NCBI GenBank assembly: GCA_965198115.1
Contig: OZ240241.1
Span: 5,312,001-5,376,000, forward strand
Length of the DNA stretch: 64,000 nucleotides
Origin: Candidatus Latescibacterota bacterium
GTDB taxonomy: Bacteria > Latescibacterota > UBA2968
Reading direction: 5' to 3'
Below, in pieces: positions 41,653 to 51,131 of the stretch. The first letter of the stretch is position 1. Each line of letters begins with the position of its first letter. Position numbers and translations under genes: made by a program. Under the pieces are notes generated by a model. It worked only from the letters and a program-made list of their open reading frames with translations. It did no database searches and was not told the origin of the DNA.

Positions 41653-42516
41653 CTAATCGACTTTCAACCGATACGAATACCGATTCATGATCTCGTGGTC
41701 CGAAGATCGTGATTTTTTCAGTGAATAGTCGCTCACCGGCAGGTGATAGTACGTCTCCGAGCTCGCACTGATGTACCCTTCCCCATACGGAACCCCGCCA
41801 CACTGACCGAATGCCCCGTCATTCGTCTCCAACCGTTTACGGGCGTAGGCCCCGCTGTAGCCCTGACTGACCAGACAATCCAGCGCCGCCAGTTTCTTCT
41901 CGATGACGTCCGTGATGTCGATGAAAACATCGTTGTAGTACCCTCCGTCCGCATCCCATAAGTTTGCGCGCACGGAAGCCGCTCCCGAACCGAAATAGAA
42001 GACCCGTGCCACGCGATTGGGCGGGTTCGGATCCTCTGGATCCACATTGCCTGCGTGAGCCAACGCGTGGCTCACGATCTGTCCGGTGGTAGCGTGCGCG
42101 TTGGTGATGCCGTCGGCCTCACGCGGGAAGTGAGTGAGAATGATATCCGGCCGTTTCTCGCGAAACACTTTCGCCAGACGCTTCACGGTCTCTGGCGTGA
42201 CAATGAGAACCGCATCATCCGCGCCGAAGAACGTAATGTCCTCCACACCCAGTATCCCGCACGCTTTGCGGACCTCCTCCACTTTGACGTCCGACCGCTC
42301 TTCCATGAGCTTCTGAAGCGCGTCGCCCGTCGGCACCTCGTCCTTGTGGAACATCTCCTCACTGACAACCGCATCGTGAACGCGTGCCCCGTGCGTGAGC
42401 ACGACACACCCGACATAGTCGCCACGCTCAACGTGATGCGCCATCGTCCCTCCCGACTGATCGAAAATGTCAGCCGGATGTGCCCCAATCGACATGATGC
42501 GAAGCGGTTCGGCCAC
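41653..42516 (-). CDS. PIG-L/LmbE family deacetylase
   Basis: GAHPAD..GGT, PDIILTH, DITDVIEKKLAAL; GTG start after AAGGAG. Confidence 0.85.
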   Translation of the reverse strand: MAEPLRIMSIGAHPADIFDQSGGTMAHHVERGDYVGCVVLTHGARVHDAVVSEEMFHKDEVPTGDALQKLMEERSDVKVEEVRKACGILGVEDITFFGADDAVLIVTPETVKRLAKVFREKRPDIILTHFPREADGITNAHATTGQIVSHALAHAGNVDPEDPNPPNRVARVFYFGSGAASVRANLWDADGGYYNDVFIDITDVIEKKLAALDCLVSQGYSGAYARKRLETNDGAFGQCGGVPYGEGYISASSETYYHLPVSDYSLKKSRSSDHEIMNRYSYRLKVD

Positions 42517-42558
42517 GACAGTCTCCTTTGCTGGTCTGAGCGGAGTCAAAAATACAGG

Positions 42559-43539
42559 TTACAGAACGACTTTCGCGTTTCCTTCCTGCTGCGATTGCAG
42601 AATGCCCAGCATCATCTTCACCACCTCGCGTCCGTCATAAACCGTACACGACGATTCGCCTTTTCCGTCCAGAATGTCGACGAGTTCGTGAACACCCGCT
42701 TCGATCCCCTCCACTTCCCATTCGGGTGCTTCAACACTTGTTATCTCGCCCTCCCTCACGATTTGAGCAGTCCCGTCGTCACCGATGTAGAGCTGCCCTT
42801 CCGACCCCAGGACCTGAAGTCGAACGCCGCCCTTTGATCTCTTCTCCCCGATATAGTTGCCCCGGACTCCGTTCGCGAAATGGATATAGGCATTCGCGCT
42901 CGGCTCCGTATCGGGGTCGTGTCCTCCGTCTCCACGATATTCGCTGTAATCTTCATACCCCGCTTCTGCTTCGGCCATCAACCACTCGGGCTTCGGATTC
43001 CCTGCAAACCAGTAGACCGCATCCAGGATGTGAGTCCCGTTCCTGAACAGCATCGCGCGAGGACCAGGATGGATCGCAATCACCGTACTCACGTCGCCAA
43101 TGACCCCTTCTTTGTGGATCAGTTCGTGGCTCCGATGCCAGACCGGCATCCAATGTCGCGTGTGGTCTACCGTCAGGACTACGTTGTTCTTTTCACACGC
43201 CTCTACCATCTGATCAGCAGCCTCCACACTCACAGCCAATGGCTTCTCGCAAAAGATGCCTTTGACGCCTGCTTCGGCCGCACCCACGACCAGGTTCGTG
43301 TGGGCATTATCGCCTGTCGCGACAGTCAGGATATCAAGCTCGGCTTTCTCGAGCATTTCCTGGAAGTCCTTGTAAAGCACGAGATTCGTGTTCACAGCCC
43401 CGAACCGCTCATCGAAGTCCCTCAGCTGTTCATCCACGATATCGCATCCCGCCACGATCTCGGCATTCTCAATACTCATCACCCCGTTCCCGTGACGTAT
43501 CCCGATCCCCCTGCACCCAATTACCCCAACTCTATACAT
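42559..43539 (-). CDS. Gfo/Idh/MocA oxidoreductase
   Basis: VIGCRGIG, CEKP, NGTHILD. Confidence 0.92.
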   Translation of the reverse strand: MYRVGVIGCRGIGIRHGNGVMSIENAEIVAGCDIVDEQLRDFDERFGAVNTNLVLYKDFQEMLEKAELDILTVATGDNAHTNLVVGAAEAGVKGIFCEKPLAVSVEAADQMVEACEKNNVVLTVDHTRHWMPVWHRSHELIHKEGVIGDVSTVIAIHPGPRAMLFRNGTHILDAVYWFAGNPKPEWLMAEAEAGYEDYSEYRGDGGHDPDTEPSANAYIHFANGVRGNYIGEKRSKGGVRLQVLGSEGQLYIGDDGTAQIVREGEITSVEAPEWEVEGIEAGVHELVDILDGKGESSCTVYDGREVVKMMLGILQSQQEGNAKVVL

Positions 43540-43718
43540 ACCCGCCTCCGTGTGTGCGTCGAGAGCCTAAGCCTGCACTCCCGTACCTGGGTGCCAACCC
43601 AGAGGTCCTCCCTGAATGGGACCTGGATTCCAGGCTGGCCAACCCTCCGTGTTCTCCGTGGTTCGTTTTTGTTCTCTTCCGTGTGTTCCGTGCCGTAGAG
43701 CCTGCCTCGAAGAGGTGG

Positions 43719-44711
43719 TCAGGTTCTTTTCTCGCGAATCATCGCAATAAACCGACGCCCGTTCCCCGAGAAGTGATCCTCGATTTCATCGTTCGTGAGC
43801 CCAAGCATTTCAGCCACCTGACGCTCCTGCCGTAGTTGCTCGTAGATGACCAGCGTGGCCCGTGGATCGCAGTGAGGCAGATGATCTCTTCCGTCGAACT
43901 GATTCCATGCCCTCCCCCAGGTGATGTATTTGCCGCGGTCACATCCAGCCACGATGTTATCCGATCCGAACATCACTCGTTTTCGATCTTCGTGTTTCAT
44001 TAAAAGAAAATGCGAATACAGATCGTTGATCGCGGACGTATCGTACCAGATATTGGGCAACCCGCAGAGAAATTCGATCGCGCCTTCCATCATGAACGAA
44101 TTGAAAGCTCGAGCACAGTGGGCAAGTAGCCATTGTGCACCCGAATAGTCCCGCGTGTAACGTTCCAGGTCAGCCTGGTTTTCTGGATCGGCGGGTCCCG
44201 TGAATTTGGACAGGTGCATTGTGATCGCCAGATTCATGTCGTGTGCGACTTCGATCTGGTGCTCTGGTAGGAAATCTCGTATTCGGGCTCCACCTGGATC
44301 CGGCGCAAACGTGCGGTATGGCTTGAGACCCAGAAAGTTGTGCCTCTTCACCTGTTTGGACACGTAGTCTGCACTCATATTGGGCGACACCATCATGTTC
44401 ACCGCGGACTCGGGATCGGCCGCCAACTCCGAAGCCATCCAGTCATTGTGTCCCTCAGCGTCCAGACCGACGATCGGTGTCCCGATCACGAGGAAATGAA
44501 TCTCACGACCCGGGTAGAGATCGGCGGCCCAGTCCAGGTGTGACTGATAGCCAAAATTAGTCCGTAGCCCCCCGGGGTCTCCCGCCGCTTTGCCTTTGTG
44601 ATCCTCCGACCAGATGTGCGTGTGCATGTCGTAAATCACATCCGGAACGAACCCCTCCAGTTCGGCCTCCCAGATCTCACGGTCGAACGCATTGTATTCA
44701 AAGTCAGCCAT
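43719..44711 (-). CDS. Amidohydrolase family protein
   Basis: DMHTH, GLKPY, LAHCAR, YDTS, MFGSD. Confidence 0.88.
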   Translation of the reverse strand: MADFEYNAFDREIWEAELEGFVPDVIYDMHTHIWSEDHKGKAAGDPGGLRTNFGYQSHLDWAADLYPGREIHFLVIGTPIVGLDAEGHNDWMASELAADPESAVNMMVSPNMSADYVSKQVKRHNFLGLKPYRTFAPDPGGARIRDFLPEHQIEVAHDMNLAITMHLSKFTGPADPENQADLERYTRDYSGAQWLLAHCARAFNSFMMEGAIEFLCGLPNIWYDTSAINDLYSHFLLMKHEDRKRVMFGSDNIVAGCDRGKYITWGRAWNQFDGRDHLPHCDPRATLVIYEQLRQERQVAEMLGLTNDEIEDHFSGNGRRFIAMIREKRT

Positions 44712-45041
44712 GGCCCATTCCACCTCTGTCGAAGGCAACCGAGGATGTGAGATAACCTCTGTTCGACCGTATTCAAACCAAAATCGACACCACCACGGCT
44801 GCCCCTGACGATGGGAGCGATGCCGCCGCTACTCTTTGCCACTGGTCACAAGTCATTGGCCAATGGACACGTTTCCCCATCCCACGTCCAGAGCCTGCTT
44901 CGTGCGAAGCGAGAAGAACGTATGGGGCGTTCTCTGGCCGTGAAAGGGCCGCATAAAATACCCCTTGGTACCCGGCAGTTCTTTGCATACTTCTTCTTCG
45001 TTGAAGCCTGCGAATCCGAGGAAAGATCGAGGAGGATCCGA

Positions 45042-46106
45042 ATGAAAGCCGCCGTTCTAGGAGCCGGGGAGGCTCACTTTAGCGCTCACCTAAGCACCCT
45101 CCAGGTATTGCCCGAGGTAGAATCCATCTACGTCTGGGGGGACAATTCAGATGCGCTCGCGACTCTGGAGGGAGAAGCGAAAGTCGAGGGTCTCTTTTCC
45201 GACGTGGACGATCTGCTCGCCCAGAAGGACTTCTTCTTCGCAATCGCCAGCGTGCGTAGCGACATCAAGCCCGACCTGTTTGGTCGGTTGCTCGACGCGG
45301 GAATCCATCTGATGGCCGAGAAGCCGATGGGAACGTCCACTTCGGCTGTGGCTGAGCTCGTGGAGAAGGCAGATGCAGCGGGACTCGCGCTCGGAACGTG
45401 CTACCAGAATCGCTACCACCCGGTGAACCAGAAAATCAGGTCACTCGTCGCCGAAGGTGCGATCGGTGAGCTCATGTCCATCGAGATGCGTATGCTCACT
45501 TCGCAGCCCAAGTTTCGAAACCCGAGCGGGTGGCTTTTTCAGAAAGACATCGCGGGCGGAGGCATGCTCGCGTGGCTGGGGTGCCACTACATCGACCTGA
45601 TGCGCTATCTCACAGGAGATGAGATCGTCTCCGTTTCAGCTGAGGTCGCGACACGAAGCGGCTCAGATATCGACGTGGAAGACATCGCGATACTGACCAT
45701 GCGGCTTAGCTCTGGAGCGATCGGGTCTCTTCACACAGGCTACACCCTCTCGCTCAAGGGTGAGGCCTACGGAGACACACCAGGCTACGACACCTACATC
45801 GGCCTCAATGGACGACACGGACGGATGATGTTCGATTCCGAAGGTGTGCCTAGCCACCTCTATTTCGAATCGACGACACCCGAATGGGCGAACGCGCCCG
45901 TCACCGAATTCGACTTCGTGGTAGGCGCATCGCCCGCCTACGCGGGAGTGCCTGGAGAAGCGTTCATCCGGGACTTCATCCTGGCCGCGCAGGGGAAGGG
46001 CGAGGGTTCTGCGACGGGTAGGGACGCCCTTCAGGTCGCCCGCGTGATCGATGCTGCCTACGAATCCTGTCGCACGGGCAGCCGCATCGATATCGAGGCG
46101 CCCTAA
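45042..46106 (+). CDS. Gfo/Idh/MocA oxidoreductase
   Basis: VLGAG, AEKP, QNRY, GGGML..LGCHYID; GAGGAGG RBS. Confidence 0.92.
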   Translation: MKAAVLGAGEAHFSAHLSTLQVLPEVESIYVWGDNSDALATLEGEAKVEGLFSDVDDLLAQKDFFFAIASVRSDIKPDLFGRLLDAGIHLMAEKPMGTSTSAVAELVEKADAAGLALGTCYQNRYHPVNQKIRSLVAEGAIGELMSIEMRMLTSQPKFRNPSGWLFQKDIAGGGMLAWLGCHYIDLMRYLTGDEIVSVSAEVATRSGSDIDVEDIAILTMRLSSGAIGSLHTGYTLSLKGEAYGDTPGYDTYIGLNGRHGRMMFDSEGVPSHLYFESTTPEWANAPVTEFDFVVGASPAYAGVPGEAFIRDFILAAQGKGEGSATGRDALQVARVIDAAYESCRTGSRIDIEAP

Positions 46107-46120
46107 CGACCGGAGTCCAA

Positions 46121-47566
46121 ATGCCAGATAGCCGTCCTAACATCGTCCTCATCACCACCGATCAGCAACGGGGTGACTGTATCGGGATCGACCCCCTGGC
46201 GCCAGAAGCGTTGCAGACTCCCAACCTCGACTGGCTGGCGCGCACGGGAACCCATTTTCGGCGCGGCTACTCCGAGTGTCCGAGTTGTATTCCTGCCCGA
46301 CGCTCCCTCATGACGGGGACCGCGCCGGCCGCGAACGGATGCGTCGGATTCCAGAACGCCGAGTGGAACCCCCGTCACACGCTCGCCGGAGAGCTCACGA
46401 AGGCGGGCTATCAGACAGAAATGGTCGGCAAGCTGCATCTCCATCCACCCGAAAAGCGATTCGGCTTCGATCATATGCAGCTCGCCAATGCAACCCGAGG
46501 TGAGCCCAACGACTATGTCGAGTGGCTCCAGGAGCGCCACGGCCGATTCGATGAACATCCGGGGATGGCCCACGGTGTGTCTGCCAACGGGTGGGTCGGG
46601 CGCCCCCATCATCTACCCGAAGAACAGATGCACACCTTCTGGTGTATCGATCGCGCCATGCATTTCCTGCGCAGAAGGGACACGTCCGTTCCCTTCTTTT
46701 TGAACATTTCATTCATCGATCCCCATCCCCCGCTCACCCCACCCCGGCTCTACTACGACCGCTACATCCACCGCGATCTTCCCGAACCCGTCATCGGGGA
46801 CTGGGCGAAGGACTACAGCCGGCCCGAGAAAGGACTCAGCCCGAACGCGTGGGAAATCTCGCTTGGCGAGCACGACATGCATTGCAGCCGCGCTGCCTAC
46901 TACGGGATGATCAACTACGTCGACGATCAGATCGGGCGACTCGTGCAATACACGGGCGGTCTCGGCGATTGTCTCGTCATCTTCACATCCGACCACGGCG
47001 AGATGCTCGGCGATCACAACCTCTTTAGAAAAACGTGGCCCTATGAGGCATCGGCCCGGGTGCCTTTCCTCATTCGCCCGCCCACCGATTGGGACTACCC
47101 CGAGGAAGTCACGTGCCAGTCACCGGTCGGCATCCAGGACATCATGCCCACGATTCTGGATGCAGCTGACACTGATATCCCGGACACGTGCTCGGGCAAG
47201 AGTCTCTTACCCATCCTGCGAAAGGAAGCGACGGGGGTTCGTGATGTGCTCCACGGTGAGCACTCGGGATGCTACGCATACGATCACGGAAACCACTACC
47301 TTACGGACGAAACACACAAATACGTCTGGTACACTCAAACCGGCGTCGAACATCTTTTCGACCTGTCGACCGACCCCAACGAGATGCACGACATCGGACG
47401 CGAAGACGATGGAGACGCGAAGCTCGCGCCCTGGCGAAATCGTCTCATCAACTTCCTGGAGGGTCGACCGGAGGGATTCACCGACGGCGAAAAACTGATC
47501 GCGGGGCGCCCCCACCATCATCTCTTGCCTGACTACGACCCGAACGAGTCTTATCCGTTCCTTTAG
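46121..47566 (+). CDS. Sulfatase
   Basis: TDQQR, CIPAR, GKLH, PHPP, TSDHGEM. Confidence 0.94.
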   Translation: MPDSRPNIVLITTDQQRGDCIGIDPLAPEALQTPNLDWLARTGTHFRRGYSECPSCIPARRSLMTGTAPAANGCVGFQNAEWNPRHTLAGELTKAGYQTEMVGKLHLHPPEKRFGFDHMQLANATRGEPNDYVEWLQERHGRFDEHPGMAHGVSANGWVGRPHHLPEEQMHTFWCIDRAMHFLRRRDTSVPFFLNISFIDPHPPLTPPRLYYDRYIHRDLPEPVIGDWAKDYSRPEKGLSPNAWEISLGEHDMHCSRAAYYGMINYVDDQIGRLVQYTGGLGDCLVIFTSDHGEMLGDHNLFRKTWPYEASARVPFLIRPPTDWDYPEEVTCQSPVGIQDIMPTILDAADTDIPDTCSGKSLLPILRKEATGVRDVLHGEHSGCYAYDHGNHYLTDETHKYVWYTQTGVEHLFDLSTDPNEMHDIGREDDGDAKLAPWRNRLINFLEGRPEGFTDGEKLIAGRPHHHLLPDYDPNESYPFL

Positions 47567-47590
47567 TACTGCGTGCACGAAGGAGGATGC

Positions 47591-48430
47591 ATGGCTTCAT
47601 TCCGACTCTCCGAAGCTCAGTTGAACCGGTTCAACACTTTCGGATTTCTGGTGCTGCCGGGATTGATGGCCGATTCGATCGAGGAGATCACCAATGCCTT
47701 CGAAGAAGTGTGGGGCGAGCGCGGCGGTGGGCACCACGGCAAGCCCCACGACGGCCAGCGTCGATCCTGCATCGTGCCCTTTATCGATCAGCACGAACGA
47801 CTCTGCGCTCTTCTGGACGATCCACGCATCGAAGGTCTGCTCGACGGCCTGCTCGGCAAGAGTTGGAACTACACGGGATCGGACGGCAACTACTACGCTG
47901 GCGACACGAACTGGCATTCCGACGGATACACAAAGCAGATCCGCTACACGAAAATCGCTTTGTATCTCGATCGACTCACACGCGACACGGGATGCCTTCG
48001 CGTCATACCCGGCAGTCACCGAATGGGCGACGCCTACGCCGAAAAACTGGAGGCCGAAGCACGCGAGTCCGAGGAACATTGGGGTTTGAAAGGCAACGAG
48101 GTCCCGGCCGCCGCCCTCGAAATCGTGCCGGGCGACATCGTCGTCTTCCAGCACAACCTGAAGCACGCCGCCTTTGGCGGGGGAGGACGTCGACGCATGT
48201 TCACGATTAATTGTTGTGAACGCGTCTCGGACGATCGCCTGCCGATGCTCAGAAAGAACCTCGAAGGCATGGCTCGGTTCTGGATCGACCGCGCGTACGG
48301 CGAAAAAATGATCGCCACGGCCAACAAAGGACGCATGGTCCACCTCGAACAGGTCATGGCCAACGACGACCACATCGCCGCCCTTGCGTCCAAAGCGCGC
48401 GAAGAAATGGACGAACCCTCGCGCGGCTAG
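47591..48430 (+). CDS. Phytanoyl-CoA dioxygenase family enzyme
   Basis: FGFLVL, WHSD, VIPGSH, LKHA. Confidence 0.9.
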   Translation: MASFRLSEAQLNRFNTFGFLVLPGLMADSIEEITNAFEEVWGERGGGHHGKPHDGQRRSCIVPFIDQHERLCALLDDPRIEGLLDGLLGKSWNYTGSDGNYYAGDTNWHSDGYTKQIRYTKIALYLDRLTRDTGCLRVIPGSHRMGDAYAEKLEAEARESEEHWGLKGNEVPAAALEIVPGDIVVFQHNLKHAAFGGGGRRRMFTINCCERVSDDRLPMLRKNLEGMARFWIDRAYGEKMIATANKGRMVHLEQVMANDDHIAALASKAREEMDEPSRG

Positions 48431-48616
48431 CGCCACGCGCATTGACCATTAACCAATGACAAGTGACCAGTGGTCCAAGCCACCGGACCCGATGAGACCT
48501 CAAATACTCTTCCCGAATAGGGCCCCGATCCAATCGCTGCTACCCCGTTCGTGTGTTTCGTGGTTAGGTTTCGGTTTTCCGTCCGTGTATTCCGTGTGTT
48601 CCGTGGTCCAGGTTTT

Positions 48617-49531
48617 ATGATCGAACTCATCCATCACGAAAAGATCTGGGACAGCGGTCCCCACAACGCCTTCACCGACCTCGTCAGGTTCGGGGACAGC
48701 TGGTTCTGTACCTTTCGCGAAGCGCAGACCCACGGGTCACCGGCCGGCACAATTCGCGTGCTGAAATCCGACACGGGCGACGATTGGTCGAGCGCGGCCG
48801 AACTTGTCAAAGCGGGCATCGACCTTCGCGACCCCAAGCTCTCCATCACACCGGACGATCGGTTGATGCTCATCATGGGCGGCAGCAGCCACGCGGCTGA
48901 TGGCGATTATCAAACACGATCGCCTCGGGTCGCGTTCTCTCAGGACGGCACCTCCTGGACCGTGCCCACACGCGTTCTCGCGGAAGATCACTGGCTTTGG
49001 CGCGTCACGTGGCACGGCGACATTGGATACTCGGTTTCAAAGCTCGGAGAGGGCTCCCATCCGAGACGCGGTTTTCTCTACTCGACGCGCGACGGTCTCG
49101 AGTGGGAATGGATCACCGAGTTCTTCCTGCCGAACGACACGTGGACTGCGAGCGAAACGACGCTTCGCATCATGCCCGACGAAGAAATGGTTGCCCTCAT
49201 TCGCCCAAACTGGATCGGCACCAGCCCGCCGCCCTATACCGACTGGCAGTTCACGCAGATCGACTATTCGCTCGGCGGCCCCAACTTCATCCGGCTTCCC
49301 AGCGGCGCCCTTTGGGGATCGGGCCGTGTCCGAAACGCCGATGGCCAGCCCGAAACCGCACTCGCTAGAATGACGACCACGACGTTCGAACCGGCATTCA
49401 GCCTCCCTAGCGGAGGTGACAACTCGTACGCCGGCATGGTCTGGCACGAGGATCTGCTCTGGATGAGCTACTACTCCTCCCACGAGGGCAAGTCCAGCAT
49501 CTATCTCTCGAAACTGAGACTCGACGACTAG
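48617..49531 (+). CDS. Sialidase-like beta-propeller protein
   Basis: HNAFTDL, DLRDP, SQDGTSW, GDNSY, YYSSHEG. Confidence 0.75.
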   Translation: MIELIHHEKIWDSGPHNAFTDLVRFGDSWFCTFREAQTHGSPAGTIRVLKSDTGDDWSSAAELVKAGIDLRDPKLSITPDDRLMLIMGGSSHAADGDYQTRSPRVAFSQDGTSWTVPTRVLAEDHWLWRVTWHGDIGYSVSKLGEGSHPRRGFLYSTRDGLEWEWITEFFLPNDTWTASETTLRIMPDEEMVALIRPNWIGTSPPPYTDWQFTQIDYSLGGPNFIRLPSGALWGSGRVRNADGQPETALARMTTTTFEPAFSLPSGGDNSYAGMVWHEDLLWMSYYSSHEGKSSIYLSKLRLDD

Positions 49532-49545
49532 CGATCGAGGACACC

Positions 49546-50637
49546 ATGTCTACACTCACCGAATCCTCCGAGACTCAGACCCAGGCTGAGGACAAGGCCT
49601 ACCGTGTCATCGACACGGACATCCATCACTCCCTCCCCGACTGGGATGCCCTACAACCCTACCTGGACGAGCCGTGGCGAACCAAAATCGTCGCGCCCAA
49701 CTCCAGGGTCGGCGGGCTCGGCGTAGAAGCAGGACGTAGTCGACTCGACGCGACTCCTCCCGACGGAGGCGCACCTGGCTCGGATCCGGGATTCCTGATT
49801 CAGCAACTCATCGTTGAAAACCACGTCGACATCGGCATCCTCACGGGAAACATCTACGGTTGGAACGTCCACCCCAACCCGGAGTACGCCAACGCCGTCG
49901 TCGCCGCCTTTAATGACTACACGATCGACAAGTTTCTCACGCCTCACGAACAGCTGAGGGCGGCCATCGCAGTCAACTCGAATGACCCAGAGGCTGCCGC
50001 AGCCGAAATCGATCGCCTCGGTCCACGCGACGACATGGTGATGGTCATCATCGGCGGCACATCTACGACGCCTTACGGCCAGAAATACTACCATCCCATC
50101 TACGAAGCCGCGTTGCGTCACGACCTTCCTGTCGGAATCCACGTCGCTGCAGCGGGAACCGGCATCGCTCACGCGGCTACGGCTATCGGGACACCTCGCA
50201 CGTTCTTCGAATACCACAGTGGCTTGCCTCGGATCTACATGGCGCAACTCACCAGTCTGATTGGCGAGGGCGTGTTCGAGAAGTATCCGGACCTGAAATG
50301 GGTCTTCATCGAATCTGGTGTCGCGTGGCTGCCGCACGTCATGTGGCGGCTCGACAAGGAATGGAAAGGTCTTCGTCGCGAGGTCCCCTGGGTTAAACGG
50401 CCACCGAGTGAAGTCATCAAAGAGCATTGCTACTTCACAACACAACCGCTCGAAGAGCCACCCAACAAGGAATGGTTGTTGCAGATTTTCGAAATGATAG
50501 ACGGTGAGAACTGTCTACTGTACGCCAGCGACTACCCGCACTGGGACTTCGACGCCCTCCACGTGCTGAACCACCTGCCTCAGCATTACCGGCAACGGAT
50601 TTTCCAAGACAACGCCAAGAAGCTGTTCAAACTGTAG
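49546..50637 (+). CDS. Amidohydrolase_2 family protein
   Basis: DTDIH, GVFEKYPDL, ESG, ASDYPHWD. Confidence 0.92.
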   Translation: MSTLTESSETQTQAEDKAYRVIDTDIHHSLPDWDALQPYLDEPWRTKIVAPNSRVGGLGVEAGRSRLDATPPDGGAPGSDPGFLIQQLIVENHVDIGILTGNIYGWNVHPNPEYANAVVAAFNDYTIDKFLTPHEQLRAAIAVNSNDPEAAAAEIDRLGPRDDMVMVIIGGTSTTPYGQKYYHPIYEAALRHDLPVGIHVAAAGTGIAHAATAIGTPRTFFEYHSGLPRIYMAQLTSLIGEGVFEKYPDLKWVFIESGVAWLPHVMWRLDKEWKGLRREVPWVKRPPSEVIKEHCYFTTQPLEEPPNKEWLLQIFEMIDGENCLLYASDYPHWDFDALHVLNHLPQHYRQRIFQDNAKKLFKL

Positions 50638-50988
50638 ATGTCCAGCCACGTCGTCTGCAAGACCACGGAGCTTCCACCAGGTTCAAGACGAATCGTGGAC
50701 GTGGATGGCAGGAGCATCGGCATCTTCAACATGAATGGAGACTACTACGCCTTGCGGAATGCGTGCGTCCACAACCAGGGTCCTGTTTGCGTCGGTCGCG
50801 TCGGTGGTACATATCTTCCATCCGAGCCGGACGAATACAACCCCGGTCTGGAGGGGCGCGTCCTGCGTTGCCCCTGGCACGGCTGGGAGTACGACATCAC
50901 CACAGGTGAAAACTTGATCGACCGCAAACTGAAACTGAGATCCTATCCGGTCACGATCGAGGATGGAAACGTGGTCCTGGAGGCGTAG
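50638..50988 (+). CDS. Rieske [2Fe-2S] ferredoxin
   Basis: CVH and CPWH ligand motifs; start abuts the upstream stop. Confidence 0.93.
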   Translation: MSSHVVCKTTELPPGSRRIVDVDGRSIGIFNMNGDYYALRNACVHNQGPVCVGRVGGTYLPSEPDEYNPGLEGRVLRCPWHGWEYDITTGENLIDRKLKLRSYPVTIEDGNVVLEA

Positions 50989-51131
50989 GCACTACGATTC
51001 GAACCGAGCTGCAGGCTCACGAGGAGGCGAGGGGCCGTGCCGTCTCGGGTCATCAGAAGTCGATGTGACTGGATGGATGTTGCAGTACATCGCCCTGCAG
51101 TAAAGACACCCTAAACGGAGTTGGTGCACGC

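Noticed and set aside
44811-45041. N-terminal extensions of track ORFs (also at 3196, 28008, 37711, 48551)
   Set aside because: Extensions run through repeats, intergenic DNA or upstream genes; downstream starts fit domain boundaries and usually have an RBS.
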